57,456 bases of DNA from a virus (IMGVR_UViG_3300013004_000054:1-57456); one strand, 5' to 3'; shown: positions 1-14,570, counted from the stretch's first letter. The notes: generated by a model not told the origin, from the sequence alone. Made by a program: numbers and translations.

Positions 1-1366
<1,366 letters not shown>

Positions 1367-1369
1367 TAA

Positions 1370-3661
<2,292 letters not shown>

Positions 3662-3662
3662 T

Positions 3663-4562
3663 ATGCTAGTCGCGCAGCATGGAGTATTTGACGCGGTAGA
3701 GATACCTTTTACGCCATCAACATGGGCTCAACAAACATCTTCATTTGATTCGTATGATGTTCTTGATGTCACATACGGACTAGGAACGTACATTGCAGTT
3801 GGAGGAAGCGGCTCACTAGCTTCATCACCAGACGGTCAAACATGGACAAACCAGGTTTCGTCATTTGCAACATCAAACATACAGTGCGTTTCATTTGTAA
3901 ATGGTGTGTTCCTTGCTGGCGGAAGCTCCGGAAAGATTGCATATTCTGCTGACGGGAGTACTTGGTCACAACGCACTTCGCCATTCGGTGCAAGTTCTGT
4001 TCTTGGTATTACGTATTCAACCGCACTCAGTCTTTACGTTGCGGTCGGCGGAGACGGCAAACTAGCGACATCAACTAACACAACGGCGTGGACGCTACGC
4101 ACATCATCTTTTGGGACCTCGTTCATCTATGATGTCATTGACACAGGTTCATTCTTAATAGCGGTAGGCGACTCTGGAAAACTAGCTACGTCGAGCAACG
4201 GCACAACCTGGACGCAAAGAACATCTTCCTTTGGGGCAGACAGAATCTACACCGTTGCTAAAGGCGGTGGACTCTACATGGCAGGAGGAGACGCCGGCAA
4301 GCTTGCGACGTCAACAGACGGAACAACATGGGTGCAGCAGACATCCTCGTTTAGCACAACAAGTATACGTAATATCAAGTACTTAAATGATGCGTATCTA
4401 TCCTGTGGCGCAGCAGGGAAGATTGCAACATCATTAAACGGCGTCAACTGGACGCAAAGAACATCTTCATTTGGTGTAACAAACATCAACGGGCTTGCTC
4501 TTACATCAGCTAAGGCAGTAGCAGTAGGGGACACTGGCAAAATTGCAGTGTCGGTAGGGTAA
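3663..4562 (+). CDS. Asp-box/BNR-repeat beta-propeller protein (probable virion adhesin)
   Basis: About 7 repeats of ~41 aa with (S/T)xDGxTW-xQRTSSFG and AVG..GK(L/I)A motifs. Confidence 0.75.
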   Translation: MLVAQHGVFDAVEIPFTPSTWAQQTSSFDSYDVLDVTYGLGTYIAVGGSGSLASSPDGQTWTNQVSSFATSNIQCVSFVNGVFLAGGSSGKIAYSADGSTWSQRTSPFGASSVLGITYSTALSLYVAVGGDGKLATSTNTTAWTLRTSSFGTSFIYDVIDTGSFLIAVGDSGKLATSSNGTTWTQRTSSFGADRIYTVAKGGGLYMAGGDAGKLATSTDGTTWVQQTSSFSTTSIRNIKYLNDAYLSCGAAGKIATSLNGVNWTQRTSSFGVTNINGLALTSAKAVAVGDTGKIAVSVG

Positions 4563-4567
4563 TAGAT

Positions 4568-4720
4568 ATGTATACATATGAGATAGCTGATAACCCACCA
4601 ATGTGTAAGATACTCAACGGGGAAGAAGTCATAGATCTTTCTGGCCCTTGGGAATCTGTAGAAGCAGCTGAAGGCTGGGCAATTGAGTTCACAAACAAGC
4701 TAAACAGTGAGTCGGTGTAG
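4568..4720 (+). CDS. Small hypothetical protein (50 aa, MYTYEIADNPP...GPWESVEAAEGWA...), below the ORF-track cutoff
   Basis: ATG at 4568, 5 nt after the previous stop; TAG at 4718-4720; fills the gap co-directionally. Confidence 0.6.
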   Translation: MYTYEIADNPPMCKILNGEEVIDLSGPWESVEAAEGWAIEFTNKLNSESV

Positions 4721-4778
4721 AAAGATGCAAATTACAATTAGTTCTATTAACCCAACAACAAAAGGAGTTGCGATATAA

Positions 4779-5798
4779 ATGTCAGCCATTGATTTTCCTA
4801 ACTCCCCCACCGTTGGGCAACAATTTAGCGCAGGCGGAAACGTCTGGGCATGGACAGGTACTGTTTGGCAGGTAGTTCGTGTAACTCCGACTGGTCCAAC
4901 AGGCCCAACTGGTGCTGCTGGTGCTACTGGTCCAACAGGCGCAAGTGTAACTGGTGCAACAGGTGCTACAGGCGCTACAGGCGCTACAGGTGCTACTGGT
5001 GAAACAGGTCCAACAGGCGCAAGTGTAACTGGTGCAACAGGAGCAACTGGTGCAACTGGTCCACAAGGACAGTCAACAAGCTACTACAACTACAAGGTAG
5101 ACACCAGCTTAACAAGTAGCAACCCAGACTCTGGCGATATCCGCTGGAACAATGCAGCTCAGACTAGTGCCAGTGTACTGTACATCGATCACCAGACTCA
5201 GTTGGGTGTCGACATTGATATCTTTCTTACGTTATTAAAAGCTGGAGATGTTCTTGTAATTCAAGATCAAAACAGCTCTGCAAACTTCCAAAAATGGACA
5301 GTCACTGCCGCAATAACAATTGTAGATAACGACTATGTGTCAGTCCCGGTCACACTCACAGACTCTAGTGGCACGGGAACTAGCGGTTTTGCAAACAATC
5401 ACGATGTTATTCTTGCGATTGTAAGCACAGGTATCATCGGGCCAACCGGACCAACCGGCGCGTCTGTCACTGGTCCAACTGGTGCTACAGGTTCTGCCGG
5501 TGCAACAGGTGCAACCGGCGCGACTGGTCCTCAAGGCACCGCGGTATCTATTCTTGGAGAATACGCAGACTACGCTGCACTCATCGCAGCACACCCAACC
5601 GGCAGTCCCGGTCAAGCTTACCTTGTTGAATCCGGTGACCTTTACGTGTGGTCAGCGAACACCTCATCGTGGGTAAACGTTGGTAATATAGAAGGGCCGA
5701 CAGGTCCAGCCGGTTCATCAGGTTCAGCAGGACCAACAGGTCCAACAGGAGCATCTGGCACTGGCGATCTCGCCGCTGCTTGGTGGTTAGGAGTTTAA
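4779..5798 (+). CDS. Collagen-like virion fibre protein
   Basis: Upstream AAGGAG. Shares the N-terminal [14 protein letters not shown] module and the GDLYVW module with 1370..3661. GxT tracts. Confidence 0.8.
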   Translation: MSAIDFPNSPTVGQQFSAGGNVWAWTGTVWQVVRVTPTGPTGPTGAAGATGPTGASVTGATGATGATGATGATGETGPTGASVTGATGATGATGPQGQSTSYYNYKVDTSLTSSNPDSGDIRWNNAAQTSASVLYIDHQTQLGVDIDIFLTLLKAGDVLVIQDQNSSANFQKWTVTAAITIVDNDYVSVPVTLTDSSGTGTSGFANNHDVILAIVSTGIIGPTGPTGASVTGPTGATGSAGATGATGATGPQGTAVSILGEYADYAALIAAHPTGSPGQAYLVESGDLYVWSANTSSWVNVGNIEGPTGPAGSSGSAGPTGPTGASGTGDLAAAWWLGV

Positions 5799-5799
5799 C

Positions 5800-6126
5800 A
5801 TGGCAGCAATTGAAAGACTGAACATCGTCAATCCAGCGGCAAATACAAACACCGCCGCGTTTACAAGCGACGGCGCTTTTCTTGTGTCCGTTATTGCCAC
5901 AAACAAATCTGCCACTGCAAACGCACTTATCTCAGTATGGGTAGCACCAGGTGGAACAGACACAGCAGGAGGCAGAGGCTATATTGCTTCTAATCTTCCG
6001 CTGCCGGTATCGAACACGTATGAGACAATTAGATTTGCCGCAAACAGTACGGATGTTGTGCGAGTAGAGGCAAGCACTGCTGATGTATCATTCACAGTTG
6101 TTGGCATCGACCAACCAACGGTATAA
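5800..6126 (+). CDS. Small beta-rich virion-associated protein
   Basis: GGAG RBS; tight gene packing; similar to the non-inserted part of 6141..6716. Confidence 0.65.
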   Translation: MAAIERLNIVNPAANTNTAAFTSDGAFLVSVIATNKSATANALISVWVAPGGTDTAGGRGYIASNLPLPVSNTYETIRFAANSTDVVRVEASTADVSFTVVGIDQPTV

Positions 6127-6140
6127 GTGAGGACTGAATA

Positions 6141-6716
6141 ATGCCAGGATACGCTAATCAACAAGTCTCAGACATCGGCGGAATAGTATCAACTACAACG
6201 GTACGAAACGTCGGTGATTCCGAGCAGTTACTTTATACTGCCACAAAGAAGTCCGGAGTGGTAGGTTTAATCGTTACGAACAGAACTACAGGCATTTTAC
6301 CTGTCTCGGTCTATATCAAGAAATCTGTGGCACAAAACGTCTCAAATAAAGCACTAACAAGTAACGTTGCGACAGTCACAACTTCGTCGTCTCACGGGTT
6401 CTTTTCAGGCGACAGTGTTACAGTAGCTGGCGTAGATGCAACCTTCAATGGCACCTATACCATTGCTTCAGTGCCAAGCAACACTACATTTACCTACGCT
6501 AAGACCGCGTCAAACGTAGGAAGTACCGCAGCTAGCGGCACATCTACCGTAACAGCGACCTTCTATCTTGCAAAGGATCTTCGCGTAGCCAACGGTGAGA
6601 ACACCGAATTAGTCAGCAAGCCATTTATTGTCACCGCAGCCCAAAGTATATACGCCATTTCTGGAGTCGAAAACGCTTTTGATGTGGTACTATCTACTCA
6701 GGAAGGTGCGAACTAA
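6141..6716 (+). CDS. Virion-associated protein carrying one FCCH-like beta-module
   Basis: SNKALTSNVATVTT..HGF..GDSVTVAGV...FNGTYTI...TTFTY module inside a 5800..6126-like scaffold. Confidence 0.65.
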   Translation: MPGYANQQVSDIGGIVSTTTVRNVGDSEQLLYTATKKSGVVGLIVTNRTTGILPVSVYIKKSVAQNVSNKALTSNVATVTTSSSHGFFSGDSVTVAGVDATFNGTYTIASVPSNTTFTYAKTASNVGSTAASGTSTVTATFYLAKDLRVANGENTELVSKPFIVTAAQSIYAISGVENAFDVVLSTQEGAN

Positions 6717-6955
6717 TGGCTGATGTTTTTAATGTCAATGATGTTGCCAATCAAGTGTTCTATGGCTTTAAGTTAAACCATTCAACTGGTAAACTTACCT
6801 TACACAAGATTGATGATGCCACGACACCAGTTCGTCTGCCAGACGAGCACCTTATACGCGACGATGACTACAAACAGTGGTTATGGACTCGTAGCACCTT
6901 AGTTTTTTCCTGGAATGAAAGCGACAAAACTCGCTTACTAGTGGAGGTAGTGTAA
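6716..6955 (+). CDS. Hypothetical protein (79 aa)
   Basis: TAATG stop/start overlap with the upstream gene; in operon. Confidence 0.65.
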   Translation: MADVFNVNDVANQVFYGFKLNHSTGKLTLHKIDDATTPVRLPDEHLIRDDDYKQWLWTRSTLVFSWNESDKTRLLVEVV

Positions 6956-6956
6956 T

Positions 6957-9900
6957 ATGTCACAGCTCATCGACTTGGGCAAGCTTCGGTTCTTCTGGGC
7001 TGGAGAATACAACTCAGCAACAGTATACGAGCAGAACGACGTCATCAAGTACGGCGGTAACGTTTACGTCTATACCTACACACTAGCCGAGGCTGGACAC
7101 GTACCAACCGACACTAACTATTGGGCACTGATGATCTCAGGCCTCAAGTTTGAAGGCGAATACAACGACGCAACAACTTATCAAGTAGGCGACGGAGTTG
7201 CCTACGGTGGTATCGTCTATATTGCAATCGCAGACACCACTGGTAACGAACCGCCAAACGCAACGTATTGGTCACAATTTGCAGACGGTATTCAGTACGA
7301 AGGAAGCTATTCAGGAGCTACCTCATACCAAATGAACGACATTGTCACATACGGTGGCAAGTCATACATCGCAAAGCAACTTACATCAGGAAACGTCCCA
7401 ACAAATGCTACCTACTGGGATGTTCTAACTGAAGGTATCCGCGGGCTTGGCAACTACTCCAATTCAACCGTGTACCTACCAGGTGACGTTGTTTCATACG
7501 GTGGAAACGTCTACCTGTGCACAGCAACAACAACGGCAGGAACACTTCCAACAAACGCCAGCTTCTGGTCCCTTATGGCGTCAGGCATCAAATACATCGG
7601 TGCATACAGCTCGGGAACAGCTTACAAGATCAATGAACTTGTAACATACGGCGCAAAACTTTATGTCTCTAAAGGTGCAACAACAGGCAACCTTCCAACA
7701 AACGGAACCTACTGGGATCAATTAGTTGACGGTATTGGCGCTGAAGGCGTATACAACAATGGAACAGCGTATGTTCCTGGTGACGTTGTTGCGTATGGCG
7801 CAAACCTTTACATCAACAAGCTTGAGTCAACAGGTAACATCCCAACTAATGGAACTTACTGGAACGCATTTATCAACTCTGTCCAAAGCGTTGGTTCATA
7901 CAACTCAGGTACGACTTACTACATTGGCGACATCGTTCGCTACGGTGCTTACCTGTACATCTGTAAGCTTCAATCAGTTGCAAACGTCCCAACAAACGCA
8001 ACTTACTTTGATCTTTTTGTAAACTCTATTGCAAGTGTTGGAGCATACGCTTCAGGCACAACGTACAATCTTGGCGACATCGTTCGCTATGGTGCAAACC
8101 TTTACATCAACAAGCTTGCGTCAACAGGTAACCTGCCAACTAACACGACATACTTTGATACATTCATCAACGGTGTCCAAAATGCAGGAGAATGGGCAAT
8201 TGGCACAACCTATTATCTAGGTGACATTGTCACGTACGGACCAAACCAATACGTCGCACTTCGTGAGACCGTTGGTGACGCTCCAGACGTATCAACCTCA
8301 GACTGGTCAGTATTTGCTGAAGGACTAAACCTTCGCGGTGCTTGGGCAGCATCCACAACCTACTACATCAACGACATTGTAAACCGTGGTGGAGCAACCT
8401 ACATATGTTTACTTCGTCATGCGTCAGGCTCGGTCTTCGCGACTGACCTTGCAGCAAACAAGTGGGTAAAGTTTAACAGCGGAATCAACTGGCGTGGTGA
8501 ATGGGAACCAGCAACTGCGTATCTTGTCGATGATGTTATTTACAACGGTGTAAGCTCTTACATTGCAACAGCTGATTTCACGTCAGATGCAACAGACTTT
8601 ACAAACGACACTGACTGGGATCTACTAGCTCTTGGTGCGGACTACCTTCCAAACCAAGTTGGTCAATCAGGTAAGTTCCTATCAACAAACGGTGTCGCCG
8701 CAGTATGGGCATCAAGCGGAACACTTGACACCTTAACAGTCAACGACGCCCTTGAGATAAACGGTGACACAGTCGCGCGCGGAGACCTAACAGTATCTGC
8801 ACGAACAGTCGACGTTACAAACAAGATTAAGACCAACAACGTTGTAACACTTACAACAGATGGTAACCACTACTTTGACGCCGGTGACGTCGTCGTTGTT
8901 ACAGCCGTAGACGACTACCCTGCAACAGACTTTGATGGAACTTACACAATCGTAGCAACACCATCAAACACAACATTTACGTACACCAAGAACGGCTCAA
9001 ACGTTGGATCAACTGCAGTAGTTGGTGGAACAGCAGTTGTAACCGGTGATGTAGCCGTAACAGGTAACACTCACTTCACAGGTAACATCGAGACAACTGG
9101 AACAACCACGTCAACAGGCACAGTATACGTTGGTGTAAACGCTGCCGCATTTGAGACAGCCGCAGACCTAACAAGTGCATCAGCGGTATTGCAGATCGCA
9201 AGTGACCCTGCATCATATGGTCAACTAGCACTGCACAACACGAGCAACAGCTCATCAACTGACCTCATTGCTTACGCAAACAACGGCACCGATACTGCTG
9301 GTTGGATCGATGTGGGTATCACTGGTGAAGACTTTGACTCCGCAACATTTGGTATCACTGGCGCAAACGATGGTTACATCTTCATGGAGGCACCAGCAAA
9401 ACTTGTTGCTACTGTCACTAACAAGGCGCTAACCAACAACGTTGCAACACTTACAACCAGTGCCGCACACGACTTTAAAGTTGGGCGCTCAGTACTTGTA
9501 GCTGATGTAGACGCGACCTTTAACGGTACATACACAGTTACCGCAACACCATCAAACGTAACATTCCGTTACGCAAAAACAAACGCAAACGTGGCATCAG
9601 CTGTTGCAACAGGAACAGCAACACAGGCAACCGGCGACGGTAACCTTGTTCTTGCAACCGGCGGAAACGGTGACGTTAACAAGATCGTTTTTGCGGCCGG
9701 TGGCTTTGAGTCTGGTCTATCCCAAATGGAGATCATACCTGAGACTAAGGTCGATATCACGATTTCTACAGCATCTACAGACACAACAACAGGTGCGCTT
9801 GTTGTTGAAGGTGGCGTAGGTGTCGGTGGCGCAATGCACGTTGGTGGAGATCTACACGCAACATCAACTGTAAACTTTGAGGCAGCAGACCGCCTGGTAT

Positions 9901-11546
9901 TTGGTACCGGGTCAAACGCGTTCTTTACCTCACTAACAAACCCTACAGTTGCTATCTCAGCAGACGCGGCAGACTACGCACAAGTTGCCTTCCGCAACGA
10001 TGGCGACTCGGCTGATTCATCAACTGACTTCATTGCATACGCGAACAATGGCGATGACACAAGCGGTTGGATCGACATGGGTATCACGTCAAACAACTTC
10101 TCTGACCCTGGCTTCACAATCACTGGTGCGAACGATGGATACCTCTTCATGGAGGCACCAATTGGTACAGCTGGTAAGGGCAACCTTGTTATCGCAACAG
10201 GTGCAAACGGAACAGAAAACAAGATCGTCTTTGCGGCTGGTGGACTTGACTCCAACAGTGAGCAAATGTCAATTACACCTGATCAAAACGTTCACATTGA
10301 AATTGATACACCGTCTACCTCGCCTACAACAGGCGCCTTAACAGTAGTTGGTGGCGTCGGCGTCTTAGGCGACATGAACGTTCAAGGTAACGTAGCCATT
10401 GAGGGAACAATTACCTTCGGCGGTGGTGGAACAACAGTTTCCGCTGCAAACCTTTCTGTTACAGACCCGTTCGTATTCGTTGGCGCTGCTAATCAGGCAG
10501 ACATCTCTGACCTTGGTTTCATCGCAGAACACACCGTAGCGGTTAGCGCAATCACAGCAACTGTGTCAAACAAGGCGTTGACAAATAACGTTGCAACACT
10601 TACAACAGCAGCCGCACACACATACCGTGATGGTGACGTCGTTGTGGTCAGTGGCGTAGACGCAACATTCAATGGCACATACTCAATTACGAGCGTCAAC
10701 GCTGGTGCAAACACCTTCACATACGCGAAGACAGCATCAAACGTTGGTTCAACAGCTGCTTCCGGTAGCACATCGGTATCAGCACGTCGAGTATTCGACG
10801 GTATCGCTCGTGACGCCACAGACAACGTAGTCAAGTTCTTCCAAAACGCGGTAACAAAGCCAACAACAACCGTTAACTTCTCAGAGGCTGGCTTAACATA
10901 CGCTGACATCCTTGTCAAGGGCGCAAACGTAACTGGTGACCTAACTGTAGCAACAAACAAGCTCACAGTGAACGCATCAACCGGTGCGGTTGGCATCAAC
11001 AACGCCCTAACAGTTGGTGGAACTGCTGGTATCACCGGCGTGCTTACCGCGACAGGCGCAATCAACGCGCAGAACACATTGACCGTAGCTGGCCAGACAT
11101 CACTTGGTGCAACCAACGTCACTGGCACAATGAACGTCACCGGAGACATGGTCGTCACAGGCCGCTTCGAGGTCCAGGAGATCCGCGAGTACGTTGTCGA
11201 GAGCACAATCGGTACAGTCACAGCAAACGTTCTCACAGCCGACTTTACACAAGGAAACATCTACTGGGTCAACACAAGCCCGACAGCGAACTTCACTGTC
11301 AACTTGACAAACGTTCCAACTGATAACTTGTACTCAATGTCAGTCACCGTCGTAGTAAACCAGGGTGCAACAGGATACATTCCAAACGCATTCCAAATTG
11401 CAGGTGTAGGCACAACGTTACGCTGGACAACAGGTACCGCACCAACACCTACAAGCACTGCGAACAAGCTCGACGTGTTCAGCTTCACGCTGATCCGCCG
11501 TGCATCTGCATGGATTGTTATTGGTTCATCAGTTCTAAACTTCTAA
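6957..11546 (+). CDS. Large virion fibre/adhesin with 11 CBM5/12-like repeats, 3 FCCH-like modules and beta-helical segments
   Basis: GGAGGT RBS. 11 repeats of G.Y...T.Y...D.V.YGG..Y. Duplicated SSTD(L/F)IAYANNG..GWID..ITGANDGY.FMEAP..GNLV.ATG..NKIVFAAGG unit. C-terminal ANFTVNLTNVP...DVFSF fibre tip. Confidence 0.8.
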   Translation: MSQLIDLGKLRFFWAGEYNSATVYEQNDVIKYGGNVYVYTYTLAEAGHVPTDTNYWALMISGLKFEGEYNDATTYQVGDGVAYGGIVYIAIADTTGNEPPNATYWSQFADGIQYEGSYSGATSYQMNDIVTYGGKSYIAKQLTSGNVPTNATYWDVLTEGIRGLGNYSNSTVYLPGDVVSYGGNVYLCTATTTAGTLPTNASFWSLMASGIKYIGAYSSGTAYKINELVTYGAKLYVSKGATTGNLPTNGTYWDQLVDGIGAEGVYNNGTAYVPGDVVAYGANLYINKLESTGNIPTNGTYWNAFINSVQSVGSYNSGTTYYIGDIVRYGAYLYICKLQSVANVPTNATYFDLFVNSIASVGAYASGTTYNLGDIVRYGANLYINKLASTGNLPTNTTYFDTFINGVQNAGEWAIGTTYYLGDIVTYGPNQYVALRETVGDAPDVSTSDWSVFAEGLNLRGAWAASTTYYINDIVNRGGATYICLLRHASGSVFATDLAANKWVKFNSGINWRGEWEPATAYLVDDVIYNGVSSYIATADFTSDATDFTNDTDWDLLALGADYLPNQVGQSGKFLSTNGVAAVWASSGTLDTLTVNDALEINGDTVARGDLTVSARTVDVTNKIKTNNVVTLTTDGNHYFDAGDVVVVTAVDDYPATDFDGTYTIVATPSNTTFTYTKNGSNVGSTAVVGGTAVVTGDVAVTGNTHFTGNIETTGTTTSTGTVYVGVNAAAFETAADLTSASAVLQIASDPASYGQLALHNTSNSSSTDLIAYANNGTDTAGWIDVGITGEDFDSATFGITGANDGYIFMEAPAKLVATVTNKALTNNVATLTTSAAHDFKVGRSVLVADVDATFNGTYTVTATPSNVTFRYAKTNANVASAVATGTATQATGDGNLVLATGGNGDVNKIVFAAGGFESGLSQMEIIPETKVDITISTASTDTTTGALVVEGGVGVGGAMHVGGDLHATSTVNFEAADRLVFGTGSNAFFTSLTNPTVAISADAADYAQVAFRNDGDSADSSTDFIAYANNGDDTSGWIDMGITSNNFSDPGFTITGANDGYLFMEAPIGTAGKGNLVIATGANGTENKIVFAAGGLDSNSEQMSITPDQNVHIEIDTPSTSPTTGALTVVGGVGVLGDMNVQGNVAIEGTITFGGGGTTVSAANLSVTDPFVFVGAANQADISDLGFIAEHTVAVSAITATVSNKALTNNVATLTTAAAHTYRDGDVVVVSGVDATFNGTYSITSVNAGANTFTYAKTASNVGSTAASGSTSVSARRVFDGIARDATDNVVKFFQNAVTKPTTTVNFSEAGLTYADILVKGANVTGDLTVATNKLTVNASTGAVGINNALTVGGTAGITGVLTATGAINAQNTLTVAGQTSLGATNVTGTMNVTGDMVVTGRFEVQEIREYVVESTIGTVTANVLTADFTQGNIYWVNTSPTANFTVNLTNVPTDNLYSMSVTVVVNQGATGYIPNAFQIAGVGTTLRWTTGTAPTPTSTANKLDVFSFTLIRRASAWIVIGSSVLNF

Positions 11547-11600
11547 CAAGTAACCGTGTAGCATTATCACCGTCAGGTAGCGACACAGGAGGAGACGCAA

Positions 11601-12638
11601 ATGCCATTTTTTAGCGCAAGACCTAGTGCGGTATTCGGTGTACGCTCTAAGCGTGGAATACTCCCGTTTCTTACCCGTCAGATAATCACCACAGGTTACG
11701 TCGCTGCTGGTTACAAGGACAGTGTTGCCTGGCGCAACGTGAACTCAATGAACATCACAACGGAAACGTCAACCAATCGAGGTGACCTTCTACAGGCAGC
11801 TGCAAATTACACATCAGGTGCGCACAATCGAAACAATGCGTTCATATGGGGAACAAACGGTACAGGTACTGAAGGTGTAGGCGCGTTTACAAACACGTCA
11901 GTATTTAATATGCGCAACAACACGACTCAAACAAAGACCGCGCAAATGAACACAGCTCAAACAGTTGGCGACTCGGCCACCGTGTTAGCAGCTGATCTTG
12001 ACGGTAGCTATACTTATTCCTGGCAGACAGGTAACCAAGCTGCAGCGGTGTATCAAAAGTTTAATCTCTCTACAGAGCAACATCAAAGCACACTTGCAAC
12101 CGCATTCGACCAAACTGGAACAGGTGCAGGCGCTCACTTTAGTGAGAATTTTGGCTACTTCTGGATGGACTCAGCAACAACCACAAATGGTAAAAGAAAA
12201 TTCGTTTTTGCAACTGAAACAGAGTCTACACCAGCTGCTAACATCGGTCACCACGGGCAGCAAAAGGGTATGTCATCAAAGGTCGGCAAAGGCTACGCCG
12301 GTAACGAAGGTAGCTACGGTGAAGGAACCAACTTCCGTATCACAAACTACACAACAGAGACAGTCACTGGAACAGTGGGCAAAGGTATCGCCAATGTCGG
12401 TGAAGAAAACATAGTAATGGGGCAGGACAAAGGGTTCCTTTACGGAGTCTACCAAAACCCAGGTCCAGGGCAAGTTAACAGTACAACAAGAACGACCTAC
12501 GCAACAGACGTTGGCGCACAACTTGGCGCTTCAGCTGAGCCTACTGGTACAGCTTCAGGAACTGGAGCAACAGGAACATGTTGCCCTTCAGGTCTTATCG
12601 GTGGACGTTCATCAGGACACGGGTATTGGAGAGATTAG
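11601..12638 (+). CDS. Gly/Thr-rich repeat protein (probable beta-propeller), paralog A
   Basis: AGGAGG RBS; GYVAAGY motif; alignable end to end with 12639..13673. Confidence 0.7.
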   Translation: MPFFSARPSAVFGVRSKRGILPFLTRQIITTGYVAAGYKDSVAWRNVNSMNITTETSTNRGDLLQAAANYTSGAHNRNNAFIWGTNGTGTEGVGAFTNTSVFNMRNNTTQTKTAQMNTAQTVGDSATVLAADLDGSYTYSWQTGNQAAAVYQKFNLSTEQHQSTLATAFDQTGTGAGAHFSENFGYFWMDSATTTNGKRKFVFATETESTPAANIGHHGQQKGMSSKVGKGYAGNEGSYGEGTNFRITNYTTETVTGTVGKGIANVGEENIVMGQDKGFLYGVYQNPGPGQVNSTTRTTYATDVGAQLGASAEPTGTASGTGATGTCCPSGLIGGRSSGHGYWRD

Positions 12639-13673
12639 ATGCCATTTTTTAGTGCAAGACCAAGTGCGGTATTTGGTGTACGCTCTAAGCGTGGAACACT
12701 CCCGTTTCTTACCCGTCAAGTTCTGACAACAGGTTACGTTGCCGCAGGGTATAAGGACACTGTTACATGGAGAAACGTTAACTCCATTAACAACTCAACA
12801 GACGTAACAACAAACCACGGAGACTTGCTAGGAAAAGGCGGAAGCTACATAGCAGGAATTCACGACAGAAACAACGGTTTCTTGTTTGGAACAAACGGCA
12901 CGGGTACTGAAGGCTGGGGTGCCTTCAACGGCTCATCTTGCTTTAACATGCGTAACAACACGACTTTGACAAATACTGCTGGTATGAACCCTTACTCAAC
13001 CGTGGGTTCCTCTTTCGGAATGATGAACCACAACCTTGACGGAAACGCCGACTTTGGTTGGTACACAGGAACGCACAGCAGCAACTTTATTGCTAAGTTT
13101 AGTTTTGCAACTCAGGTGCACGTAGGTCAACCATCTACCTCATATCCTAACGTTTCTGGTTCGGACACAGCAGGCGGTACTGCAGGATTTATGACAGAGT
13201 TATTTGGTGTCTGGCACAATGACGGAACGGCCAAGGTTAAGTTCACGTTTGCCACCGAGACAGAGGCAACCTACGGTGTGTTCTCCTCATTCCACTCTCA
13301 ACAGAAGGTAATGAGTTCTAAAGTAGGTTTTGCCTGGGGAGGAAACGAAGGTTCCTACAACGCTGGAAATAACTTTAGAAAGACAAATGTAACAACTGAG
13401 ACAACAACAGGAACTATGGCAAAGCCTATTGCTGACTCTGGTGAAGAAAACTTTACAATGGGTCAGGCGCACGCATACTGTCTAGGTTTCTACAACGCCT
13501 CCGGACAAAACAACCGTTCCTATAAGTGGACCTATGCCACAGACTCAGGGTTTGAAGGTGGCGCATCTATGCAACCATCAGGCACAGCCTCTGGTACTGG
13601 TGCGTCAGGAACATGTTGCCCTTCAGGCACAATCGGTGGGCGCTCATCCGGTGTTGGAATGTGGAGAGACTAA
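12639..13673 (+). CDS. Gly/Thr-rich repeat protein (probable beta-propeller), paralog B
   Basis: Starts directly after paralog A. Same N-terminus MPFFSARPSAVFGVRSKRG and C-terminal GTCCPSG.IGGRSSG...WRD. Confidence 0.7.
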   Translation: MPFFSARPSAVFGVRSKRGTLPFLTRQVLTTGYVAAGYKDTVTWRNVNSINNSTDVTTNHGDLLGKGGSYIAGIHDRNNGFLFGTNGTGTEGWGAFNGSSCFNMRNNTTLTNTAGMNPYSTVGSSFGMMNHNLDGNADFGWYTGTHSSNFIAKFSFATQVHVGQPSTSYPNVSGSDTAGGTAGFMTELFGVWHNDGTAKVKFTFATETEATYGVFSSFHSQQKVMSSKVGFAWGGNEGSYNAGNNFRKTNVTTETTTGTMAKPIADSGEENFTMGQAHAYCLGFYNASGQNNRSYKWTYATDSGFEGGASMQPSGTASGTGASGTCCPSGTIGGRSSGVGMWRD

Positions 13674-13740
13674 CCAGCAAGTAGATATTAACCATGTGTT
13701 TCTTGCAGGACTAGTAGTGTACTAATCCGAAGTAAGTGTG

Positions 13741-13746
13741 TATAAT
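13741..13746 (+). promoter_or_regulatory. Putative -10 element (TATAAT) for the 13788-20218 cassette
   Basis: Consensus TATAAT in a 114-bp intergenic gap, 42 nt before a GGAGG-preceded ATG. Confidence 0.5.
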
Positions 13747-13787
13747 AATTCATAGCGACGGTAACATCAAACAATGGAGGACACAAG

Positions 13788-14570
13788 ATGACTGATAAGC
13801 ATCTGCCTGAAACTATAGTGCCAATGCCAATGCCAATGACTGACACCTCGATGTTGTCAGAAAATGATAAGCAGCTTCTAGAACTCGCGCTTGCCACAGA
13901 TCACGGCACCCCACTGTTTAAGATTCGCCACTTCGTTGGCGACGCACAGATCACACGCTACGCAAAATACAAGCAACTAATGCTGGAATTACGTGCCCGT
14001 GAAGAAGTTATTGAGCAGACTCTCGTCACCCTTGAGAAAAACAAGGCGCACATTGATGAGGTTAAAGAAATGATTGAACTTGCACCAACACAAGCAGCCG
14101 CTAAGAAACTAAAGTGGGATCTCACTAGTCACGTCAACGACGTTGCTAAAACAGAACGACGCCTTCAAATGGCATATCGTGAGCGCGGTAACTTTCTGAA
14201 GGTTCTAAATGAGATGTACACATCTGGTGAAGCCTATCTAGAAGATGGCACAGACATGCGCAATGCTATGATAAACGAGGACTTGAACGAGCAACTAGAG
14301 GCAGAGCACTGGACGTATCGTTTAGGAAAACAAGCAGCACTAGATCTAATCGCATACGGTCACATTGGTACTGGAAACCTTGAGGCAATCTCAATGATGA
14401 GTGAATCACAAGCGGTAGTGACACTGCAGCTCGCCATGACCTATTCACACGCTGTGAAAAAACAACTTGGCATTATGGAATCAACAATTATTGAAGCCAT
14501 TGAAACTGGTCAAATCAACAGCACCACCGACATCGAGAAGCAGCAGACTCTAAAAGAACTTGAAAGATAA
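13788..14570 (+). CDS. Hypothetical coiled-coil protein
   Basis: GGAGG RBS; helical, charged heptad pattern. Confidence 0.7.
   Translation: MTDKHLPETIVPMPMPMTDTSMLSENDKQLLELALATDHGTPLFKIRHFVGDAQITRYAKYKQLMLELRAREEVIEQTLVTLEKNKAHIDEVKEMIELAPTQAAAKKLKWDLTSHVNDVAKTERRLQMAYRERGNFLKVLNEMYTSGEAYLEDGTDMRNAMINEDLNEQLEAEHWTYRLGKQAALDLIAYGHIGTGNLEAISMMSESQAVVTLQLAMTYSHAVKKQLGIMESTIIEAIETGQINSTTDIEKQQTLKELER

Noticed and set aside
11601-13673. Paralog pair as a diversity-generating retroelement TR/VR pair
   Set aside because: No reverse transcriptase in the window; differences in the shared ends are mostly synonymous and not adenine-specific; both copies are full genes.
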